Of a stretch of DNA of 64,000 nt, positions 58,032-64,000 are shown piece by piece. The DNA is taken from positions 123,965 through 187,964 of the forward strand of contig JAXSMZ010000001.1 of NCBI GenBank assembly GCA_037924335.1. The letters run 5' to 3'. A program made the translations under genes and the position numbers. The notes beneath the pieces are model-generated. The model worked only from the letters and a program-made list of their open reading frames with translations, did not search any database and was not told the DNA's origin. Each line of letters starts with the position of its first letter. Within the stretch, counting starts at the first letter, position 1. The stretch is from Aquificaceae bacterium (lineage in GTDB: Bacteria > Aquificota > Aquificia > Aquificales > Aquificaceae).

Positions 58032-58181
58032 ATGAAAATATCAAAGAATACATTAATACTTTTGTTCTTCGTGTTTATAGTTGTGGCCTCTTATATCCTT
58101 GGAGTCCTTGCCTTTTCTTCTAAAGAGGCAAGGGATAAAAAATGGGAAGAGTTCAGGAAAGAGTATCTAAACAGAAAGTGA
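58032..58181 (+). CDS. Small single-TM protein, 49 aa (not in ORF track); candidate oxidase accessory subunit
   Basis: MKISKNTLILLFFVFIVVASYILGVLAFSSKEARDKKWEEFRKEYLNRK*; fills the coxA-ctaA gap. Confidence 0.65.
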   Translation: MKISKNTLILLFFVFIVVASYILGVLAFSSKEARDKKWEEFRKEYLNRK

Positions 58182-58220
58182 CCTCCTCTCCTCACTCATT
58201 AAAAGGAGAGCCTCCCTGTG
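58177..58220. repeat. Short IS200/IS605-end-like palindromic element, copy 2
   Basis: 18-bp identity with 50957-50974; reverse complement CCACAGGGAGGCTCTCCTTTT resembles inner IS left end CCGCAGGAGGCTCTCCTTTT. Confidence 0.7.
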
Positions 58221-58258
58221 GATGTTTCGTAAACATCTCAGATGTATTATACTATAAT
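58221..58258 (+). promoter_or_regulatory. Candidate ctaA-ctaB promoter with inverted repeat
   Basis: TAAACA, 17 bp, TATAAT (58253-58258); GATGTTT-CGT-AAACATC over the -35. Confidence 0.5.
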
Positions 58259-58272
58259 CCTGGAGGTTAATT

Positions 58273-59130
58273 ATGGTAAGGGTTTTTCTTATTCTTTCCA
58301 TAACCTTTACATACATAGTCATGGTCTGGGGAGGTTTAGTTAGGTCTTCAGAGTCAGGGCTTTCTTGTCCCAATTGGCCACTCTGCTACGGGAGCTTTGA
58401 ACCCCCAAAAGATAAGGCAGCCATGCTTGAGATGGGACACAGAACTGTGAGTAGCCTTGCTGGCATCTTTACCTTTCTTGCCTTCGTTTGGGTATGGAAG
58501 AGTTTAAAGGGCTTTCCAAGGCTTACCTCGTCCATAGCCCTCCTTTTTACCATAAGCGCAGCCCTCACTGGAATGAAGATGATAAAAGCTGAAACACCAC
58601 ATCTTAAATATTTTTCTCACATGCTCCTTGAATCCATCCACATATACGAATCAATGATAATATTTGGTTTCCTTATACTAACTTACAGGCTCATATATAA
58701 AAGTGAAAAAGAGACAGGCATCCCCCTTTATGTTTATATCTTTGCTCTGGTCACCATGATAACTGGAGTGCTTGTAAGGTATACTGGTTCTGGAGAGGCA
58801 TGCGGGCATGAGTGGCCCACGTGCAATGGAAGCCTTGTTCCAGAGTTTACAACATGGAAGGTGGCTCTCCAGTTTGTTCACAGGAATCTGGCTTATGTGA
58901 CATGGTTAGCCTTTCTCCTATCCTTCCTTACTAACTTCAGCAGGACTACCATCCTAGGCTTTATTTTTGTGAACATGCAGTTCCTCTTTGCCATATCGAT
59001 GGTACTTACAGGCTTTTTCCTTCCCATCAGCTTCTTGGACACAGCTATGGGCTTTTTCTTGTTTGCATGGCTCACGTACAACGTGCAAACAAAACCAACT
59101 ACAAGCCTGAAGGTAAAGGAAGCATGGTAG
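58273..59130 (+). CDS. ctaA: Heme A synthase (COX15/CtaA)
   Basis: SGLSCPNWPLC, EMGHR, ACGHEWPTC, QFVHR. Confidence 0.9.
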   Translation: MVRVFLILSITFTYIVMVWGGLVRSSESGLSCPNWPLCYGSFEPPKDKAAMLEMGHRTVSSLAGIFTFLAFVWVWKSLKGFPRLTSSIALLFTISAALTGMKMIKAETPHLKYFSHMLLESIHIYESMIIFGFLILTYRLIYKSEKETGIPLYVYIFALVTMITGVLVRYTGSGEACGHEWPTCNGSLVPEFTTWKVALQFVHRNLAYVTWLAFLLSFLTNFSRTTILGFIFVNMQFLFAISMVLTGFFLPISFLDTAMGFFLFAWLTYNVQTKPTTSLKVKEAW

Positions 59131-60002
59131 AAAAGGCAATAGCATATAAAAACATCGTAAGGGATTATATTCTTCTTACAAAGCCCGGTATAGTTATACT
59201 TGTTCTAATAACAACGCTTACCGGTATGTACCTTTCTAAGAAGGGGTTTCCAGACCCATGGCTCATGTTTTGGACCTTGCTTGGAACTGGTTTGGCTTCT
59301 GCTGGCTCTGCCGTTCTCAACCAGTTCTTTGATAGGGATATAGATGCTTTGATGTCAAGGACTAAGGACAGACCCTTACCATCTGGAAGCCTTAGCCCCA
59401 TCAATGCGCTTCTTTTTGGAATTATCCTTCTTTCTACCTCCCTTTATATTATGATAACCTTTGTAAATGCCGTTGCTACATTTTTTACAGCTATGGCAGC
59501 CTTTTTTTATGTGTTTGTCTATACCATCGCTTTAAAAAGGAAAAGCCCGTTGGCAACTGAAATAGGTGGTATCTCAGGCGCCCTTCCCCCAGTCATAGGG
59601 TACACTGCAGTGACCTCTAAGTTTGGTTTTGAACCACTGATACTCTTCCTTATTATGTTTGTATGGCAGCCGCCACATTTTTGGGTACTTGCTATAAAGT
59701 ATGCAGAAGATTACAGAAGAGCAGGCATACCCACGTTGCCAGTGGCAAGAGGAATAGAGCAAACAAAGATAAAAACGCTCCTTTACACTGCATCCTTGCT
59801 ACCCATAAGCTTACTGCCAACCCTTTACGGTATATCCGGTAAGGTTTACTTTTTTACAGCTTTTGCCCTCAGCTCCCTTTACCTTATACTGACTTTTAAG
59901 TTTTTATTTTCAAAAGAGACAAAGGCTATGTTCCTTTTCTTCTACTCCATAATCTACCTTGCTTTTCTGTTTTCCGTGATGGTTTTTGACATGGTAAGGT
60001 GA
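59124..60002 (+). CDS. ctaB: Protoheme IX farnesyltransferase
   Basis: LTKPGI, DRDIDALMSRTKDRPLP, WQPPHFW, DYRRAGIP. Confidence 0.96.
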   Translation: MVEKAIAYKNIVRDYILLTKPGIVILVLITTLTGMYLSKKGFPDPWLMFWTLLGTGLASAGSAVLNQFFDRDIDALMSRTKDRPLPSGSLSPINALLFGIILLSTSLYIMITFVNAVATFFTAMAAFFYVFVYTIALKRKSPLATEIGGISGALPPVIGYTAVTSKFGFEPLILFLIMFVWQPPHFWVLAIKYAEDYRRAGIPTLPVARGIEQTKIKTLLYTASLLPISLLPTLYGISGKVYFFTAFALSSLYLILTFKFLFSKETKAMFLFFYSIIYLAFLFSVMVFDMVR

Positions 60003-60004
60003 GA

Positions 60005-61102
60005 TCAGACCTCTGTATACCTCTCCTTCATCTTCTTTATTCTCAGAAAAGCCTTACTATCCTCTGGAGTTATCAGGCTGTACGCTTTTCCATAACTTCC
60101 TATCCTTCCAGTCCTCCCTATCCTATGTATGTATATCTCAGGGTCTTCTGGTATATGATAGTTTATGACAAGGCTGACACCTTTTATATCAAGGCCTCTT
60201 GATGCAACATCCGTAGCCACAACAGTCTTTACTTTCCCATCTCTGAACAGCTTAAGGGAGCTCTCCCTCTGCCTCTGCGTCATATCACCGTGAAGGGAAA
60301 CTACGTTAAAACCCTTTTTCTTTAGCTCCTGTGTTATATCCTTCGCATCCCTCTTTGTTTTCACAAATACTATGACCTTTTCCAGAAGATGGTCTCTAAG
60401 GATCTTTTCAAGCTCAGATATCTTTTGCTTGGGAGAGTTAAGTCTTATTAGCCTCTCTTCTATCTTTGGCTTTAATTCTGCAGAGACCACTCTCACGAAC
60501 TTATAGCCTTCCCTTAGATGCTTTCTGGCGAGCATTTCTACATCTTTGGATAGCGTTGCTGAGAAAAGGAAAGTCTGTCTCTGCTTTGGAATGTAAGATA
60601 TGATCTCCTCTATGTCATCTATAAAGCCCATGTCAAGCATAAGGTCTGCTTCATCAAGCACCAAAAAGGATACGTTACTAAGGTTCAAGACCCCCCTGCT
60701 TAGTAAGTCCTTTACCCTTCCTGGAGTGCCTATAACTATGTTGGGCGTGAACTTAAGAAGGAACTCCACATCTTTTCCAACTGGTGTACCACCGTAAAAT
60801 ACTGAAACCTTTAAGGCTTTGTACCTGGACAAAGCGTAGAGCTGCTCTTTAACTTGAAGGGCAAGCTCACGCGTTGGTGTCATTATCAGAGCCTTAAGAC
60901 CATCAGTCTTGTTTACCTTTTCAATAATAGGAATGCCAAAAGCTGCCGTCTTTCCTGTTCCTGTGGCTGCCTGTCCCATCAGATCGTATCCACTCAAAGC
61001 AAGAGGGATGGCTTCCTTTTGAATGGGTGTGGGCTCTTTAAAGCCTAAGTCTTTTATAGACCTTTGTGTTAATTCGCTAAGTTGATCAAAGTTAAAATCC
61101 AT
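60005..61102 (-). CDS. DEAD-box RNA helicase (minimal core)
   Basis: Q motif PTPIQ, GTGKT, PTRELA, TPGR, DEAD, SAT, HRIGRTGR. Confidence 0.96.
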   Translation of the reverse strand: MDFNFDQLSELTQRSIKDLGFKEPTPIQKEAIPLALSGYDLMGQAATGTGKTAAFGIPIIEKVNKTDGLKALIMTPTRELALQVKEQLYALSRYKALKVSVFYGGTPVGKDVEFLLKFTPNIVIGTPGRVKDLLSRGVLNLSNVSFLVLDEADLMLDMGFIDDIEEIISYIPKQRQTFLFSATLSKDVEMLARKHLREGYKFVRVVSAELKPKIEERLIRLNSPKQKISELEKILRDHLLEKVIVFVKTKRDAKDITQELKKKGFNVVSLHGDMTQRQRESSLKLFRDGKVKTVVATDVASRGLDIKGVSLVINYHIPEDPEIYIHRIGRTGRIGSYGKAYSLITPEDSKAFLRIKKMKERYTEV

Positions 61103-61146
61103 ATATTTAAGAACCTCCTTAATTAATTATAAGCCTTTCTTGCTAA

Positions 61147-61920
61147 TTATCCAAACCTTCCTGTTATATAATCTTCTGTGAGCTTTTGGTCTGGTTTTGT
61201 AAACAGCTTTTCTGTAGGATTGAACTCTACAAGCTCCCCAAGGTACATAAAGCCCGTATAATCTGATATCCTAGCTGCCTGCTGCATATTGTGTGTAACT
61301 ATGACTATAGTTATTTCTCTCTTTAGTTCTACTATTAACTCCTCTATCTTTGCCGTAGATATAGGGTCAAGTGCAGATGTGGGCTCGTCAAAGAGGAGAA
61401 CTTCTGGTTCCACTGCCAAACTTCTTGCTATGCAGAGCCTCTGCTGCTGCCCTCCAGATAGGGAGAAGGCACTCTCCTTTAAACGATCTTTTACCTCATC
61501 CCAAAGTGCTGCGTCCTTTAGGGCTTTTTCCACACGACCCTTTAGCTCTGAGCCCCTAATACCTTTTAGTTTCAAGCCAAAGGCTATGTTATCAAATATG
61601 GACATGGGGAAGGGTGTGGGCTTTTGGAAGACCATACCAACCTTGCTTCTCAGCTCTATAAGGTCTACACTTTTATCAAAGATGCTAACATCATCTAAGA
61701 GTATATCACCCTCGTACCTATTGTTGGGATAAAGGTCATGCATCCTGTTGAAACATCTAAGAAGCGTTGTCTTACCACAACCGGATGGGCCTATCAGAGC
61801 TGTAACTCTCCTGTCGAATATGGGCATGGATATGTTTTTGAGAGCATGGTTTTTTCCGTAGTAAAAATTCAGATTGATTATCTCCATCCTCTTTTTCTGC
61901 TTTATGGTAGTCTCAAGCAT
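61147..61920 (-). CDS. pstB: Phosphate ABC transporter ATP-binding protein
   Basis: [41 protein letters not shown]. Confidence 0.97.
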   Translation of the reverse strand: MLETTIKQKKRMEIINLNFYYGKNHALKNISMPIFDRRVTALIGPSGCGKTTLLRCFNRMHDLYPNNRYEGDILLDDVSIFDKSVDLIELRSKVGMVFQKPTPFPMSIFDNIAFGLKLKGIRGSELKGRVEKALKDAALWDEVKDRLKESAFSLSGGQQQRLCIARSLAVEPEVLLFDEPTSALDPISTAKIEELIVELKREITIVIVTHNMQQAARISDYTGFMYLGELVEFNPTEKLFTKPDQKLTEDYITGRFG

Positions 61921-62799
61921 CTAAACCTCCTTTTTTATTCTTTTGAACATGTAAGCGAAGGGATTGGTTATCTTTCCATGTAGTATGAGCCTTGCAAATA
62001 TAGAGAGCATAAGAACACCAAGCGTGAGTATGAGGGAAGCTGCCCATGCTTGCTGATGCCAGTAGTGGTAAGGTCCCATCACGTAGTTAAAAGTGGTAAC
62101 AGTTATGGATGCCATAGGTTTCATAAGGTTAAAGTTCAGAAAGGCATTGTTAAAGGATGTAAAGAGCAAAGGAGCTGTTTCACCCGATATCCTCGCTACA
62201 CCTAAGAGGATGCCGGTGAGTACACCAACCTTTGCAGCTCTAAGGGTAACGCTTTTGATCATCTGCCATTTGTAAGCACCCAAGGCGTAAGCTGCCTCTC
62301 TCATCTGCTGTGGGACAAGCTTTAGCATCTCGTCGGTTGTAACGGCTACAACAGGTACCATAAGAAGTGCAAGAGCAACAGCTCCAGAAAGGCCGTTAAA
62401 GTGTCCTATAGGCTTTACGAGCACAGCGTAAACAACTGCCCCCATTATTATGGATGGCGTGCTTACCATTATGTCCGTTATATGCCTTAGAACTCTGAAA
62501 AAATCGCTATCTTTACCATACTCCGCAAAGTATATGCCAGCCATAAGACCTATGGGTACACCTATTATAGTGGCTAAAGTTGTAAGTATAAAGTGCCCCA
62601 CGAAGGCGGGCCTCAGCCCTCCCCCTTCCATTCCGGCTGGCGTTGGGTCCAAGTACACAAGCTCTGGACTGAAGTATTTAATACCGCTTATGAACAACGA
62701 CCCGAGGATCCAAAAGAGCCAAAACACACCATAAACAGTCAGCAATCCAGATAAGGAGAGCATGAGAAGGTTTACGACCTTTCTGTATCTTTTTCTCAT
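61921..62799 (-). CDS. pstA: Phosphate ABC transporter permease PstA
   Basis: TPSII, REAAYALGA, ARISGETAP; ATGA overlap with pstC. Confidence 0.96.
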   Translation of the reverse strand: MRKRYRKVVNLLMLSLSGLLTVYGVFWLFWILGSLFISGIKYFSPELVYLDPTPAGMEGGGLRPAFVGHFILTTLATIIGVPIGLMAGIYFAEYGKDSDFFRVLRHITDIMVSTPSIIMGAVVYAVLVKPIGHFNGLSGAVALALLMVPVVAVTTDEMLKLVPQQMREAAYALGAYKWQMIKSVTLRAAKVGVLTGILLGVARISGETAPLLFTSFNNAFLNFNLMKPMASITVTTFNYVMGPYHYWHQQAWAASLILTLGVLMLSIFARLILHGKITNPFAYMFKRIKKEV

Positions 62800-63773
62800 A
62801 CCTTCCACCTCTTTTCAAGCCTCAGGATCATGAACTTGGCCAAGAAAAGTATAACAAAGGATATGACAAATAGAAACATGGAAACGTAGTAGAGGGATGA
62901 TAGGTATATATCCGTGTCTGCCTCAGTGAACTGGTTGGCAAGGGCTACGGTTATGGTGGTAAAGGAATCGAAGAGAGATTTAGGGATCTGAGGGTTGTTT
63001 CCTGCCAAGAAGGTCACTGCCATGGTCTCGCCCAAAGCTCTACCTGTGGACAGAACAAGACCACCAGCCATACCCGAAGCTGTATAGGGTATGATAACCT
63101 TCCTTACCACTTCCCACTGGGTGGCACCTAAGCCGTAAGCAGATTCTTTCATGATTGGGGGAACCAACTCAAAGCTATCCCTTACAACGGCACTCATAAA
63201 AGGGATTATCATTATGGAAAGAACCAGACTTGTTGTAAAAATATCTACGCCAGTAGTAGCTCCTGAAAATAGCTGCCCAACTACGGGCACGTTCCCCAGT
63301 TTGTTTTGGATCCATGGCTCTACCTTTTCTGCCATTATGGGAGTGAGAACAAAAAACCCCCAAAGACCGTATATGATGCTGGGTATTGCTGCCAGAAGCT
63401 CCACCGCTCCAGATATTATGGGTTTAAACCATCTTGGTGAGAGCTCCGTTATGAATATGGCTATGCCTACGGAAATTGGTGCAGCCATAAGTATAGACAA
63501 GAGTGTGCTTATTATGGTGCCTACAACCATAGTGGCAGCGCCGAAGTCTTCCGTCACTGGGTCCCAGTTTGTATGTGTAAGGAAGTTTATGACGCCGAAC
63601 TTCTCTATGGCCAATCTGGACTCGTAGTATAGGATCAGAAATATCAGAATAGGAAAGAGGAGGCCCGCAAATAGGGCCCAAAGCCCAAGGGATACTTTAG
63701 CTAGGCGCTCGATCAGAACTCCACTATTTTTGACCTCGCTTATCCTCTTCTGTACCACGCTCTCTATCTGCAT
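62796..63773 (-). CDS. pstC: Phosphate ABC transporter permease PstC
   Basis: WDP, AAIPSIIYGLWG, ESAYGLGAT, GRALGETMAV. Confidence 0.96.
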   Translation of the reverse strand: MQIESVVQKRISEVKNSGVLIERLAKVSLGLWALFAGLLFPILIFLILYYESRLAIEKFGVINFLTHTNWDPVTEDFGAATMVVGTIISTLLSILMAAPISVGIAIFITELSPRWFKPIISGAVELLAAIPSIIYGLWGFFVLTPIMAEKVEPWIQNKLGNVPVVGQLFSGATTGVDIFTTSLVLSIMIIPFMSAVVRDSFELVPPIMKESAYGLGATQWEVVRKVIIPYTASGMAGGLVLSTGRALGETMAVTFLAGNNPQIPKSLFDSFTTITVALANQFTEADTDIYLSSLYYVSMFLFVISFVILFLAKFMILRLEKRWKV

Positions 63774-63785
63774 ATTATACCATAC

Positions 63786-64000
63786 TTATGGGCTTACGTT
63801 GTACTCTTTCCAGTATTCAAATATGAGCTTCTTGACGTTGGTAGGCATGGGTATGTAGTTTAGCCCTTCCGCGTACTTATCCCCATGCTCATAGGCCCAC
63901 TTGAAGAAGGTGTTAGCCTTTTTAGAACGTTCAGGCTGGTCCTTTGCGAGTAGTATGAATGTGGCGCCCGCTATAGGATAGCTATCTTTTCCTGGCTGGT
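63786..64000 (-). CDS. pstS: Phosphate ABC transporter substrate-binding protein, C-terminal part (truncated by window edge)
   Basis: DSYPIAGATFILL...FFKWAYEHG...LNYIPMP...*; upstream of pstC. Confidence 0.92.
   Translation of the reverse strand, partial: QPGKDSYPIAGATFILLAKDQPERSKKANTFFKWAYEHGDKYAEGLNYIPMPTNVKKLIFEYWKEYNVSP

Noticed and set aside
1-64000. Many 60-190 aa ORFs in the track lying antisense to or out of frame within larger genes (e.g. 355-633, 2145-2459, 11830-12414, 20075-20506, 21749-22324, 24499-24993, 37433-37891, 63151-63627)
   Set aside because: Shadow ORFs of well-supported genes, with no motifs, no SD and typical antisense composition.

Overview
A 64 kb, AT-rich, very gene-dense chromosomal window. 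By inference it comes from an Aquificaceae bacterium (Hydrogenobacter/Thermocrinis-like), based on the archaeal-type SAM synthetase, fused NuoC/D, tandem tatA, A2-type cytochrome c oxidase and 4-nt interlocking stop codons. Most of it is housekeeping: rpsO-pnp-tRNA-Thr-dut, sbcDC, accD/nadC, glgA, panC-ribH-nusB, folC-engB-lipA, dnaB, dxs, nuoA-B-CD, mnmE-rho-holA-hisB, a cox/cta operon and pstSCAB. Most notable observations: (1) a CxxC thioredoxin-fold ORF whose TGA lies in a P-G-[TGA]-G-S context followed by a bacterial SECIS-like hairpin, i.e. a likely unannotated selenoprotein (43301-43806); (2) an IS200/IS605 tnpB-only element (30600-31832) inserted at a TCAC site inside a decayed tnpA-tnpB element, so its predicted guide points at uninterrupted copies of the other element; (3) a 470-aa unknown protein with three CsbD-like repeats, two degenerate ferritin-like hairpins and a C-terminal EEIPAFLR matching the FtsZ tail motif; (4) a modA/modB deletion scar behind its regulator; (5) two ~40-bp IS-end-like palindromes that supply stop codons to upstream genes; (6) a pnp ORF reading into tRNA-Thr and an accD/nadC 101-bp overlap, each explainable by a single lost base; (7) two small genes absent from the ORF track (a second tatA and a 49-aa membrane protein after coxA). 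No CRISPR array or rRNA was seen. All family assignments are from motif recognition; no database search was run.
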